A DNA stretch of 52,991 nt, the filler included, from Bilabrum cf. latius (lineage: Eukaryota): assembly GCA_965178125.1 (NCBI GenBank). It is 2 parts of 2 records of this genome, joined end to end, with 100 filler letters (N's around TTAATTAATTAA, not from the genome) between each part and the next. Parts side by side here need not be neighbours in the genome. Positions count along the whole stretch, not along the records: positions 1 to 26,468 come from CBCXTV010000033.1; 1 more part is not named here. One strand, written 5' to 3'. Positions 13,394-26,568 of this stretch are shown piece after piece. The position numbers were made by a program, and so were the translations under genes. Each line of letters begins with the position of its first letter. The stretch's first letter is position 1. The notes beneath the pieces are model-generated. The model was not told the DNA's origin, did not search any database, and worked only from the letters and a program-made list of their open reading frames with translations.

Positions 13394-15528
13394 ACGATTT
13401 GTCAAATCAAGCACAAGTCCGAAGGGACTGCTTTTCGCAGCAAAAACAACTCGAGGCCATCCGACGCTGACAAGGCATGCATCCGGGTTCCCCGACCGCC
13501 AGCACCGCTCTTTGGCAGCGCGATGCCGAGGCTCTCTAAGAATAGAGTATCGCCTCACACCATAGAGTGAAATTGACCATCCTGCAACGAGGTTGCAAGA
13601 TTTGGCCAATGCCTCGGCTTCCCGAGCGCAGCGTGCTCAAGTGAGTCCGTGGGCCAAGCTCATGAGGGGGGCCTTCCGCACGATCCCCAATGCCGAGCAT
13701 CCGTCTGGCCCCTGCAACACACGCGCACAAGATACGAGGCGCCAACAACCTCGGAAGAAACCCCCCGGCGGGTCTGAAGCCCGCGAGGCGCGGTCGCACG
13801 AACCTGAAGCGATGCCACGCCGCGGGCGCGCGAAGTGGCGCGCCGCGGCAGCGATCGCGCGGTCGGCGGCGGCCCGGGGTCGGCGCGCCAAGGGGTGCCG
13901 CCAACCCAACTCAACGACAAGCTGGCGCGCCCAAGTGGACGCGCACTCGAGCGCGCGGTCGTACCGCACCGGCAAGTGGGCCACTCGGCCGCGGTCCGGG
14001 AAGTTGCGAGCTTGGCGTGAAGGAATGAATCCTTTGGGCGGGGCAAGCGGCGACGGGCAAGCCGCCGAGACCGCCGGTGCTGGGGCTCCTGCTGCACGCG
14101 GGCCCAATCCGCTAGACGGAGGATGCGCCGGCGCTTGCAACGTGAGGCCGCCGCAGAGGCGGCCCCACCGCTGAGGCTTCGGGCACCGCGGCGGCGCGGC
14201 CAAGCGAGCCCGGCCCGGGCGCACCGGCAAGGCGAAGCACATGCATGCTTGCCCCCGAGCGCCAACCGCACGTCATGGAGCGCTTACCGCTGCTCAACCT
14301 GGACTTCACATTCGGCGGCCAACTCGGCCCGTACCGGAAACCCACAGACCGCAACGCCGGCACTCCACCGTTCGGGTCACCGGGCCCTGAACCGGCGGGC
14401 GCTGGACGCGACCAAGCCGCGAGAAATGGACCGCGCGATGGGCCGCCAAGTCCACCCAAGCGCGAGCACGGCGCCCAAGCGGCTCATGAGTGTGAGGCCG
14501 CTTGGCCACACGCGTGCGCATCCATCGACGCGGCCCATGTGCGACAGCAAACGCCCTGCATTCGAAAAGGGCCACTACAGTGTGGAGCATCGCGACGTCG
14601 GCATTCGCACAAGCCCGGCGCTCATGCAAACCTCCCCGCCCGGGTGGTGGAGACTCGTCAACCTTCGCAAGCTGCGTGCAGGCCTTGTGATTCGCACGCG
14701 CCACTCGCCAAGAGTACGGATCCGTGGGAAATTCGCTGCAAGATGAATTAGATTTGGCTAGGCCGCGGCTAGAACTTGGAAACATGCGAATCATGCCGGC
14801 GAGTCCCCAATTTCGGCCAATGAGAGCTTTTTACCCGGGTAGGGGATGGCCTGCTCTCGATACAAGTAGCTGCCGATGCGGTGGATTGGATTGGCGGCAG
14901 ATCGCCACACCTGGAAGAGCCTAGATAGACTCCGTTGACTGCGGAAAGCCGTTCATGAAGTGGATAGGCTCAGCCCGGGCCGCCACCGGCGAAACCATGA
15001 CATGCGACGGGCGTACAAGGACACCTTTCACGAGAGATGGACTCCGCCCGGGCCGTTGCTGCCGAAAGCAAATCGATTGCCCCCTCCCTGGGCCGCGTCC
15101 GACAAGACCTGAACTCACTGTGAGGGATGCGGGGGACGATTGAAGGAGCAATCACACTGGCCCCGCATGGTTCCGGTCGGCCCTGGGTGTACTGCAAGTG
15201 AACTTGGAGACCAGTCGTAAAGCCCATTGACCCCTCCATGCGCCGCTTAAGGTCACACCTGAACGTAGACACCACTTGGCAAAAGTAGATCGATCAAGAG
15301 CAAGCACGGGTGCAAAAGACTGTGGGCGGGGGGATTCGCCCTCTTCATACATAAGACACCGAGAAATGCGCAAAGCGCAACGATGACAAATCAAAGCCCC
15401 TTTGACACTGACTGTGGTCAGGGCCGACTGCTATCCGTCGTTCAGTTTCCGCCGCTAGTGACCTACTGAGAGCTCTGCTAGTCAAGATGTCTTGTGATGG
15501 GCGTACGGCAACCTCTATGAAATCGTTT

Positions 15529-16365
15529 CTACTCACCCCGGCCGTGCGCGGCAACGCCTGAAAACACATGAACCTGTGGGAAAGTGAAGTACATCGCATG
15601 TGCGGAGATGTGATGAAGTAGCAACCCAAGTCGAAACAGTCCTGGGCGTCCCTCGTGCCGTACCCGTCGGCGCCCATGTCCCGCCGGGTCTCCCCGACGG
15701 GCGAAGGGGGTCCGGCGAGACCGTGCCCCCACCGTGGGCGCCCCCCGCCACCGGATCGCAGCGGGGGCTGGCGACATCTGGGCCTCCGCCGCATCAACAT
15801 GAGGCATCGAATGGCGAACCTCGTCCGCCGGCGGTACTGCGGATGTCGGTGTAGTGACTGGCCGGGCTGCGCTCTCAACCACCTCGATTCGCACCGCCAA
15901 GCCCGCAAGCTTCTCAGCATGGGCCGCTAATTCGGCCCTCACAGCCAATTGCACTTCAATAATCGCCGCAAGGCCGCCGGCAATGTCTTCACCCGACCCT
16001 CGGAGGGACTCGAGAATTGCCGCCTCCCGCCGCGCCTCCTGCGAGCAGTCCTTCTCGGGCTCATGGAGCTTGCTGACCAAGCCGTCCGACTCGGTAGCTT
16101 GTTCCGCGCGAGCTGCAGAGTCAATGGACTGGGCTTTCAAAACGTGGAGCAAGTCCGAACGCAATGCCGCCACATGGGCGCCGGTGATGTGCCGCACGAA
16201 CGCCGCCGCATTGTCGAGCGCGGTGAGCTTCCGCTTCAACCGATTCGACAGTCGACTTTGTCGAGCGGCTTGTGCGAGTTCGGTGAAGGCGATGCCGGCG
16301 TGGTCGGCGAGTGTCTGCAACGACTGCACATGCGCCGTCAACACCAACTCTGCCGCGGCCTCCAT
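15529..16365 (-). CDS. Hypothetical helical/coiled-coil protein
   Basis: ATG at 16365 opens MEAAAELVLTAHVQSLQTLADHAGIAFTELAQAARQSRLSNRLKRKLTALDNAAAFVRHITG..., an amphipathic, protein-like sequence unlike the surrounding Arg/Pro-rich spurious ORFs. The C-terminal part may be out of frame. Confidence 0.45.
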   Translation of the reverse strand: MEAAAELVLTAHVQSLQTLADHAGIAFTELAQAARQSRLSNRLKRKLTALDNAAAFVRHITGAHVAALRSDLLHVLKAQSIDSAARAEQATESDGLVSKLHEPEKDCSQEARREAAILESLRGSGEDIAGGLAAIIEVQLAVRAELAAHAEKLAGLAVRIEVVESAARPVTTPTSAVPPADEVRHSMPHVDAAEAQMSPAPAAIRWRGAPTVGARSRRTPFARRGDPAGHGRRRVRHEGRPGLFRLGLLLHHISAHAMYFTFPQVHVFSGVAAHGRGE

Positions 16366-19300
16366 CAACGCCTGAGGAAGGGGAGGAGAACACCGTCCGG
16401 CGCGAGCACAGAAGAACGCCGAAAACACATGGATGGCTTTGTGGGGGTGGGGGGGGTCTGCAGAGGCAAGCGAGACTCCAGCCAAAGGCATGGGCCGGGC
16501 GAAGGCGCGTAGCCAAGTGCCCCTCGGCGCCATGCAATCGGAGTAAGAGTGCATGTAGTCCTGCCGCAGTCGCAACCCGCGCCGCTTCCCATTCCAACGG
16601 ACAGTGAACGGCATGATGGCATCGCTGTGCAGCGCGGCGACTGCTCTTGGACAAAGTAGCACGTGGCGCTCGTGCAACAACGCGCCCCGCTCGACCACAA
16701 CCGGCACCCACCGGGGCGCGCCCACACCGCCATTGCCAATGCGCTGACCTTGGCTTGCCGACACCCCTGCGCCCGCCCCTCCGTCCGCCGGGCAAAAGCA
16801 ACGATCTGGAGGCGCAAGAAACGCGTTCAAACGCACGTCCACTGCCTTGGGTCGAGCGTCGCCCATAGAAGGGTCGGCGAAACCGGCACACCTTGAGGGT
16901 GAGGTGTGCTTCGGCGGCCTTGTGCACGAGCATGAAAACATCGCCTGGCAAGGCTACGTGCTTACCCAATCCGCGCCGAAACACCGAGCGCCCGCTGAGA
17001 TCTGGTTCCAGACCCGGAACCAAGAAGGGGGACTAGCATACGCCCTCGCAGCTCCGGCCCTGAGGCCCCCTGGGTTACCACAGCCGCGCTGGGCATGGCT
17101 GGGCGTCGCAACCCGTGGCGTACTTCGTTGCCGATCAACCGTCCCGCCTGCTGGCTTGTCGCCCCCTAGACTTTCATACGAATCCTCATGCCCTTTGACG
17201 GGCCGCCTTGCTAGTCGCTCGGATTTCCACTGTCATGCCTTCAACCTGACCATGGCGTAACATCGCGCAAAACATATGGCTGTAACCGAAACCTTGCGGT
17301 AGTACTTCATTGTCGCGCTTTCTCTCTCCCCTCTCTCTCTCTCGAAACCGATGCGCACGAGATTTGCTGAGCCAATGTTGGGAAAAAAGCTTCGACCTGA
17401 GTCATGACGCGAACTAAACTGGAACATTGGTGCAATGTTCGTCCAATAATTGGCGAAGACTGCGACCTATGCCACAATGGCAAGAACGACCGCCTCCCCC
17501 TTATCACCCCGCGCGCGCGCGCAGAGTCCTCATGGAGATCTCACGTCCTCGTCCCCGAAGCCAAATCTGGGGCACAACGCCTCGCGATGGCTGTTGAGAG
17601 CGATTGAGCACGACCCCCCTGGTTTTACATGACGATGGCCAAAGATTTGCAGCATGTGGGGTGTCCAAGGGGACCCGGCGCCCTGCAGCTGCGCAAAACA
17701 TCTGAAGTTGCCGTCCTTGAACGCAAGTCCGACGCCCATACCCCGGCCCAAGCAAACTCCTGGTGGCCTTATTTTCCGACATCGCGGGCGGGGGGGGCGG
17801 GCGGGGATGCCCGGACGCCGGCGCGCGGGCAGGCGGGTATGCGCCGCAACAAGGGGCGGGCGCGCGCCTACGGGCAGAATTTCTACATCTTGGCGAGGCG
17901 CCTCGCGGTGTCTCGCGGGCTAGCCCGGCGACCCCGGCACGCCACTCGATAAATCCAGCGCAAGCTCCGGGCCATCGGGCCGACGATTTCTGTACAAGGT
18001 GTCTGCTTCGAGGGTGTCAGGGACAAGTATCCCCTCCGCCCGGGCCGCGCTGGGAGACCAGACGGAGAAGCCAGAATGCAAGCCCGACGGGCGCCACAAG
18101 CCGCCGTGGAGTGTAGGGTGGTGATGAGGGAAGATGGGGGCGATAATGCGGGCAGTGTGTAAGCGTCAAGACTGATGGAGGGAAACTCGCCGGCAGGTGA
18201 CCTGAAGATTGAGCGGAGGGACACAATTGGTGTAACACAAGATGCGGGAAACTGAGGTCGTCGCATGTCTTGTACGTCTCAAGGGACCACTGGCAACACA
18301 CCCGCCGAAGACAAGCAAGACGACTTTGGCGCCCACTTGCCTGTTGCGCAACCCACCCTGGCTGTGACGATGAGATCCCCCGCGATTCTGCTGGCTTTTC
18401 GTCCCTCCGCCCAAGCCACCTTCACCGGAACCTCGTCAGGTGCGCCGCGAATTTCTCGTCGCCCATGGCGGCGAAAAAGCCTGCGGCCGCCGCGCCGGGA
18501 GCCGATGGCAGAGGGCACGTCGACTGCAGCAGTGTACTCGCCAGAGGCCGGGCAATCCGCCAAGGGCGGATGCTCTGCGGGCTGCAACGAGACACCGGCG
18601 AGGACGAGCGACCCGCAACACGCCACCTGCGGATGGGGGGGGTGCATGCGATTGGGGTTCAACTTGAACGGTGGCTAGACGAGTTGCGCGAGATGGGGGC
18701 ATCAGTGGTGCTTCGGCATTGCTTGCGACGCTCTGCTGTCCGCCGCCCCACCCCCTGCCGTGCGAAACTCAGAGGAAGGACGTTGCCGCGGCACCGGGGG
18801 CTCTCTGGAAACTCCAATGACTGCGGGAACCTCGGGAGCCTCCGCGCGGCCTTTGGGGTGGCGGCCCTACTGTCGGGGACGACCCCCTGGGTGGCGGGGC
18901 CTCCAACTCTGGGCTCGATGGGGGTCTCGAGATGTCCGGTCAGGCCCCCTAAAGCCGCAGACCCACACAAACGCTCCCATCCTGCGAACCCTTTGGAGAC
19001 CTCACGCCGCCCCCTTGAAAGCACCAAGCGTGCTCGACTCCTTCAACAACCCCACCGTCGACGAAATCGCAAGGATGTTTCGCTCCGTCTGAGACATCAG
19101 CGCTGGTTGCGCTCGCAGAGCCCGTCCGCTGACTTTCCGATTCCAGTCGCCGAGACGGCCGACTGACATCTAGCAAGGGCTGGTCGAACTTGGCTGCGGC
19201 ATGGCCAATCGGAGCCGCGGCGGACCCGAGCTCCGCAACTTCTGAGCAGACTCGCCCGACGCTTGCAACATCCGTCCAAGATTGGCTGGGTGGCTGCCGG

Positions 19301-20699
19301 GCTCGACAGACGGTCGTCTGGACTTGATCAACACCCGCACAAGTCGGCTGCAAGCCGACCGCGTCGGACCCAGCCCAACACCGAGCATCTCAACCCAAAC
19401 GCAACCGCCGGAACACCGATGGCAAGCCGGCCAAGACTAACGAAACCCAACGGGCGCCATGACGAACCCATCCCCATGTGGTCGCACACCAAATCCTTGT
19501 CCAGATCCCAAACCCGCGCCCAAGTGCGGCCAAAATGCGGCCGAGCGTGTTGGCTTGGACACCTGATGCCCACCAACTTGATATCCTCGAGCCGGAGCCT
19601 CACAAGCCTTCGGCCGCAGCCAACCGCTGAAAGCGCCGGCTTGGGGCAAGGATGGCCACAGTCGTTCCGGCTCGGCAAGGAAAGACTGGATATGGGTGGT
19701 TTCTCTCTTCGAGCAGAGCTTACCGCTATGGTGGCGCCGATGTGACAAAGGATGGGAGCGGTTTCTGTAGGCTTGCGGGGGGAATCTGCACACAAGGCCC
19801 AGGCGTCCCCATCAGTCCGAGGTGTAATTAGGCCTCATGTGTTCAAGGCAAATGGCCTCTCGCGGCGCAGATCTGGGCAAGGTTCGAAGCAAGTGCGGAA
19901 GCTTGACGCTCAAGGGCTCCGGGCGTGCCCCACACCATGACAAGCTATGGCACGGCTTCCGCGAGGAAGGGCTGGCTGCGGATCCCGCGTAAGGTTCTCG
20001 AGAAGCTTCGCGCATCTGTCGGCAATGCGTTTGCCGGGCCGCCGGTGCAATGGCAGAAGGCTGCCACACCGCGATTCGAGACGAAAGGTGCTCAGCAGAG
20101 CGTTGTCCTTACCCTCCGGGCCCCATTGGCTTTCCCCTGTCGGAAGAGCTCCGCTGCGGGAGGCTGTCACACTTTCATCATCGCCGCTTGAGGCATCCAA
20201 TGCAAAACAACCGTCTTCACAAACCCTGTCTCCAACGCGCTCTCCCCAATTCGGCGCCGAACCCCATGAATCGGGGGGGGGGGGGCAGTCGCCCCAAAGC
20301 TGCTCCGCGATGGGTCCCACTGTACCCATCGCGATAGACCTGTGGCCGCCGGAGTAGCAAAGCGAGGCAAGTTTTGCGATCTTTTCCGGCACTTGCCGCC
20401 ATCACTGTCGGGCCGAGAGCTTGGGGACGGCGCGAAATTCAGAACGAGGGGCCAGACGAATGCTCCCAGACCACCTTGGTCCGCCCAAGACAACAAATGT
20501 TCAAGCAACGGCCGTTGCGGTGCCAATGAATGTCTGGACGGGCGCCGCAACACAAATCCTTCTGGCACCCTGGCTCGCCAGACCGCTCGCCCGCCCGCCC
20601 GCCCGCCCGCCGCCCGCCCACCAACGCCGCCGCTGCCAACCCGTCCGCCCGTGCCCATGTCCGCCAGCCCTTGAGTGCGTCTGTCCGTGCGCCCCTCCT

Positions 20700-23600
20700 C
20701 GCCCGACGGTCCGCCTGGGCGCAGGCTTCACACGCGCCGGTCGCGGTGGCGCAGGCTCTGCCGGCGGGGGCGGTTGCGCCTCTCTGTGCGCCGGCCGCGG
20801 CACGGCCTGCGAGATGTGCTTTGTGATGGTTTGGGGTGCCTGCTTTCGGCAAACACATGCCGGCAATGCACTTGTTCGGACTGCTATTTGTGCTTCGCGT
20901 CGCCGCCAACCGGACGGGCGCCCTTGGGACCCCCAGGGTCTCTTCGGAGACCAAGAAAGGGCATGCAAGGCATCCACGAGAATCACTTCGACATACATGC
21001 GAAAACGGCGCTCCCGCTTCAAGTGCAAGCAACTCCCCTCCTCAACCGACACAGGGTGCAGCAAGGCAAGAGCCGCAGAGAGCTGCTGGTCGGCTACGAT
21101 GGGGCTGCCGGAGCCCCCGGAACCTTAGCGGGGCTGGGATTCGTTTCTTCGGCCATGGACTGGCTTATGGCACGGCCTTGGGCTCGACACGCGAAATGTT
21201 GACGTGGGGCTTTCTATGCCACCTCGCGGCAACAACTTGAGGTGTCTGTGCCGACTCGCAAGTTGTGCATGCTTGCCGAATAGGCTGCGGCGAATGGGGA
21301 CTCAAGCAAGGATGTGCAACTTATCAGGAGGCGAAAGGACTCCGCGAGCGACGGCAACGCTCGTCTCGAAAAGTGTGCCGCCCTTCCAAAAATACAGAAT
21401 CAGATGGGTTCCAACACCCCTCGACCCGCCCGGGCCGCATGGCTCGTCCACCTATGGTGCTGCCTGTGCGCTGTCCTGACTTTACAATTCTTTCGGCTGC
21501 TGGAAGCGAACCGAACCCCGTTCCCGCGAGGCGGCATGCCCACACACCTTAGCGAAGGTACCAGTGCTCACCTCCAAGAATGGCGCGTGTAACGATCCGC
21601 GAAAAAAACAAGCCGAGTACATACTTTGCTGGCGGGCGTGATACCTCCGACAAGCAGATGCGCGAAACTACCCCATGCATGCCGCCGGGCCAAACACTTG
21701 GCGATCAACTAACTATGGGCACATTGCGACTGACCGCCGGTTCGCCCGCCAATCCGCCCGCCATCTTCAATCCGCTCCTGGTGAGCTCCAACAGCGCAAT
21801 GTTCTTTCAACAAGCGGCGAGGAAACGGATAGAAAGGGAACGGGCGACATGCACCACCCGCACCGGCGTGGCCTCCCATGGGGCCGCACACCGCAGAAGC
21901 GCGAAAAACACACTCGGCCCGCAACGAGCCCCAACTATGGGCACGGACAACAGCGAAAGGCAATGGCGCCCACAAATGCGAGCTGGCCGCCAGAGCCGCC
22001 TTGTGGCTCCGTCGGCGGCGGGGCGCCCTCGCCTTTGCGGGACGCTCGCTTCAACGCCGGTCGCGTCCGCGCGGCAGGAAACGCGACGACCTCGTCCGGT
22101 TCACCAAGTGGGACAGGACATGGGGCGCGGCGGGCCTCGGTTTGGTGCGCAAGCGTGGCGCCGGACGCCTGCCGCAACTCCGCCGCCGGGGGCGGCAACG
22201 GCGGGGGCTCTTGCGGGGGCAACTCTGCCAACGCCGGCGCCGGGCCCGCCGGCGGGGCTGGCACCTCTTGCGGTGCCGGCGGGGGGGACGCCGTCTCGGG
22301 AGCCGGTGAAGCCTCGCGCGGCGGCGGCGTGGCCTGCGGCGGGGAGCTTCATGAAGATCTGAGGGGCTCGTCTTTCGGCAAGTGAGTGCTGACTCGGGGT
22401 TTGTTTTGCTGCTTTTGTCGTCCCTTTATGATGCGCCTGGCGGGCGAGCACCTTTGGGACCTCCATAGGGTCGTGGGGGCCTGAAGGGGGACCTGGGCCG
22501 GATGGAGGCATTCGTGTGGCCTCCCGGGGCAAGCAAACATCCGCGACCCACGAGGATGTGCCCACAACCAGCACAAATCCCCATTCAACCGGCGATGGCT
22601 AGCACAGACACCCCCTCAACCGGTGGCTCCGTGGCCGTCGGCGGCCCCCGCGGCTGGCGGCTACCCCGCGGCACGCGGGTATCCTAGCTGCTTGGCAACC
22701 GCACCTCCACAATGCACTGAAGGCGTGTCCTTCCAATGATGCCCCCACTGCTCGTCCGCCACTACATGTCCAATATCCTGTCACCAACCCCACACCAGTC
22801 ATGACCCCTGCTGCAAAGGACAAAGGTTGAAAGCGGAAAGATCCGTTCATGATTGAAAAAGCGCAGAGAGTGTGCTGTGGGAAAAACAACATGTGCGGAC
22901 AGTATGCGCCTGGGAGACACAATATGTGCGAAAACGGCATGAGCATCAACACTACACATGCACACACACAATGCTTCCACATCGGCGGTAGTCCTTCCTC
23001 GAGTGTGTTTTATGTCCAGCCCTTTGAAATGTTGCGGGTTTCCACCATCTGGGTGGGTACCCGCACACGGGAAAAACGGGCGTCCGGAGCCCCGGATCAC
23101 TTCGGCTGGAAGCTGTGGCTAATGGCACAGTCTTGCAAATGTGTGGCGCCGGACACTTGTGGGAGCTCCGCCGCCGGGAGGGGCAAGCGCGAAAGCTCTC
23201 GCAGAGGTTCCGCCGGCGCAAGCGCCGGCCTTGCTGGCGGGACTGGCACCTTTTGCGCCGGCGGAGGCGGTGGCGCCGCTTCAGGAGGCGGCGGAAGCGC
23301 GGCGGCGCTGCCTGTGTCGGGAAACGCTTGGTGGGGACCTGGGGGGCTAGCCTTTCGGCAAGTTAGTGTTGAGTCGAATTTTGTTTCGGCGTTTCGCTGG
23401 TCATTCATTTTGGCGCCTGGCGAGCGAATGGTTTGGGGACCTCCATGGGCCGTGGGAGCCTGAAGTGGGACCTGGGGGCCACGAAGAGGAAGTGGTCGGT
23501 TACGATGGGGCGTCTGGAGCCCCCGAACATAGGCGGGGCTGGGAATCGCCCTTTGGGCAGGAAATTTTGGCGTATAGTGCTCTCAATGGTATAACGCGCG

Positions 23601-26468
23601 GAGTGCGGATGTGGGGCTCCCAATGCTACCACGCGGCAAGTACTTGAGGTGTCCGTGCCGACACGATTTCCCCCCTGTGCAAGTCTGCCGAGATATGGGC
23701 TGCGGCGCATGGGGACTCAAGCGGGGGGTAGGCAACTTATCCAAACCGGACTCCGCGAGCGATTGCAGTGCTCGTTTCGAAACATGTGCCGCCCCTCCAA
23801 AATCGGATGTGTTCCACCAACCCTCCACCTCTGCATGGGCAACAAGGCTCGTCCACCATTAGTGCTGCTCTCAACCCAATAAAGCCTCAAGATGATCCAC
23901 GCCGGTTGCGCGCACTCCTGCCTATACAATAATTCGGCTGTTGAAAGCCAAGCGAACCTCGTTGCGAGGTCCGCCTAGTCACTGCGTTGCCAACTCGGCG
24001 GCAATTCTTCTTCGTTCGAGTGTGTTTGATGTCAAGACCATTGAGAAGCCGATATCTGCGTATGCCCTCGATCTTGTGTGAGGTTTGGGATGCAAGAATC
24101 ATGGAAGCACCGCACGTAAGGACCATTGGTCGGCTGCGACGGGGCGTCCGGAGCCCCGGGAACACTATCGGGGCTGGGATCCGTTTCTTCGGCCAAAAAT
24201 TGTGGCTCAAGGCACGCTCTTGGTTCCGACGTGCGGAATCTGGATGTGGGGCTCCCCGTGCCACCATGCGGCAACCAAATCAAGTAAATGAGCTCTCTGC
24301 GCCGACAAGACTGCCTGAAGTTTTGCAAGTTGTGCAAGTTTGACGGGACGGTTTGCCGAATGGGCTGCGGCGAATGGGGACTCAAGCGGGCGTAAGCAGC
24401 CTACCAACAGACGACAAGACTCTGCGAGCGAGCAACATTCGTTTTGAAACATGTGACGCCCTTCCAAAGCACGAGAGCAGATGGGACCCAACAAACCTTT
24501 ACGTCCGTTTTGGCCGCATGGCTCGTCCACCTGTGGTGCTGCGGTGGAGGCACCGAGGCCAGAAGATGACCCACGCCATTCTGCGCGCGGTCCTCAATGT
24601 ACAACACCTCTCGCCTGCTGAAAGCCCACCGAGCCTAATTCCCGCGAGGCGGCATGCCCGCACCCCAGCGCAAGCACCGGTGCCCAACTCGACCACTTGC
24701 GCGCGCAACGATCCACGCAAAAAGCCAAGCCGCGTACAGACCGGAGGGCGCGAAACCCTCGACAAGCGGATCGCGAACCTGCCCCATGAGCGATTCGAGA
24801 CCGAAGACACGGCCCTGCCACATCTTCAATCCGCTATTGGTCAGCTCCACAAGCGCAACGCTCTGTCCGCATACAGCGGGCGAGGGCGACTCATGCGAAG
24901 AACGCGGCGCCAATGCACCACGGCCCTTCGCGGCCGCGTACCGCAGACGCACAAAAAACACACACACACACACACGATCGGTTGCCGTGCCGATGGTTCG
25001 ATGCGGCGTTACGGGAGGCGGAGGCCCCGGGAGGACGCGGGCCCATGGGGCATCTGCACGGGCCTGACGGCTCCCGCGCCTACTGCGGGGGACCCTAACA
25101 GCCTGCGCAAGCGCGCGCGCACGGAGGCCCACACACGCGGTCGCAAGCGGGCGGCGCCAGCGCGCACAGAGGCGCATGGGACGCACGAGCACTATTGGAC
25201 GGGCGCACGGCTCGACATGAACAACATGCCGCCCCGCGCAAGCACGCACGCAACGCGCGAAATCCGCCGCGCCCGTCGCGCCGGCGCCCCAGACAAGAGG
25301 CGCCGTCGTGCGAAGCCGTCGAAACGGCTCAAAGCACGAGCGCCAGCAAACGCAAGGCTGGCCAGAAAACAAAACATCTTATAAGAAACCGGCCCCGTAA
25401 ATGGGCACATTGCAACTGGCCGCCGGTTCGCCCGTCAATCCGCCCGCCACATCTTCAAACCGCTCCTGGTGAGCTCCAGCAGCGCAACGTTCTTTCAACA
25501 AGCGGCGAGGAATCGGATAGAAAAGGAAGGGGCGCCAATACACCACCCGCACGGCCTGGCCTCCCATGAGGCCGCACACCGCAGAAGCGCGAAAAACACA
25601 CAAGAGCGACCTTCTCGCCTGCCCGGCGCGGCGCAACGCACGCACTGGTGTGGCCAACAAGCTACAAGCAATGGCGCCCACAGATGCGACCTGGCCGCCA
25701 GAGCCGCCTTGTGGCTGCGTCGGCGGTGGGGCGCCTTCGCCTTTGCGGGACGCTCGCCTCAACGACAGTCGCGTCCGCGCGACAAGAAACGCGACGACCT
25801 CGTCATTTTCATCAAGTGGGACAGAATCTGGGGTGCGGCGGGCCTCGGTTTGGTGCGCAAGCGTGGCGCCGGACGCCTGCCGCAACTCCGCCGCCGGGGG
25901 CGGCAACGGCGGGGGCTCTTGCGGGGGCAACCCTGCCAGCGCCGGCGCCGACCCCGCCGGCGGGGCTGGCACCCCTTGCGGTGCCGGAGGAGTTGGCGCC
26001 GTCTCGGGAGGCGGTGAAGGCGGCGGCCGCGTGGCCTGCGGCGGGGAGCTCTGTGAAGATCTGAGGGGCTCGTTTTTCGGCAAATGAGTGCTGAGTCGGG
26101 GTTTGTTTTGGTGTTTTTGTCGCCCCCATTGGCGCCTGGCGGGCGAACACTTTTTGGACCTCCATAGGTTCGTGGGAGCCTGAAGGGGGACCTGGGGCCG
26201 GATGGAGGCATTCGTGTGGCCTCCCGGGGCAAGCAAACATCCGAGACCCACGAGGATGTGCCCACAACTAGCACAGACCCCCCTCAATCGGCGACAGCTA
26301 GCACTGACACCCCCTCAACCGGTGGTTCCGTGGCCGTCGGCGGCCCCCGCGGCTGGCGGCTACCCTGCGGCACACGGCTTATCCTAGCTGCTTGGCAACC
26401 GCACTTCCACAATGCACTGAAGGCGTGTCCTTCCAATGATGCACCCCACTGGTCGTCTGCCATTAAAT
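20700..26468. repeat. Block 2 of the same composite repeat family
   Basis: The CTTTCGGCAA landmark occurs at 20843, 22372, 23352 and 26074. Segments 21990-22640, 25700-26335 and 1310-1960 align with each other. Also 22890-23820 aligns with 1960-2900, and 22340-22760 with 26040-26460. Confidence 0.85.
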
Positions 26469-26568
26469 NNNNNNNNNNNNNNNNNNNNNNNNNNNNNNNN
26501 NNNNNNNNNNNNTTAATTAATTAANNNNNNNNNNNNNNNNNNNNNNNNNNNNNNNNNNNNNNNNNNNN
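26469..26568. other. Artificial contig-joining spacer
   Basis: Exactly 44 N + TTAATTAATTAA (stop codons in all six frames) + 44 N = 100 nt. Confidence 0.97.

Noticed and set aside
18950-20200. Possible plus-strand LINE RT remnant (GTPMAS, TSYGTASARKGWLRIPRKVLEKLR)
   Set aside because: The motifs need several assumed frameshifts and substitutions, so the call is not supportable without a profile search.
24199-24211. TTGTGGCTCAAG (also TTGGCTCAAG near 36347) resembling the 3' end of the dinoflagellate spliced leader
   Set aside because: The matches are short. Paralogous repeat copies read TGTGGCTCATGG, and the second match lies inside the pol reading frame.
1-26468. Numerous 60-350 aa Arg/Pro/Ala/Gly-rich ORFs
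   Set aside because: Such ORFs are expected by chance in GC-rich repeats. They overlap in all frames and lack domain motifs.
26469-26568. TTAATTAATTAA palindrome between N runs as a biological site, and adjacency of the left repeats to the retrotransposon
   Set aside because: It is a symmetrical 100-nt artificial spacer with six-frame stops. The two sides cannot be assumed to be neighbours.
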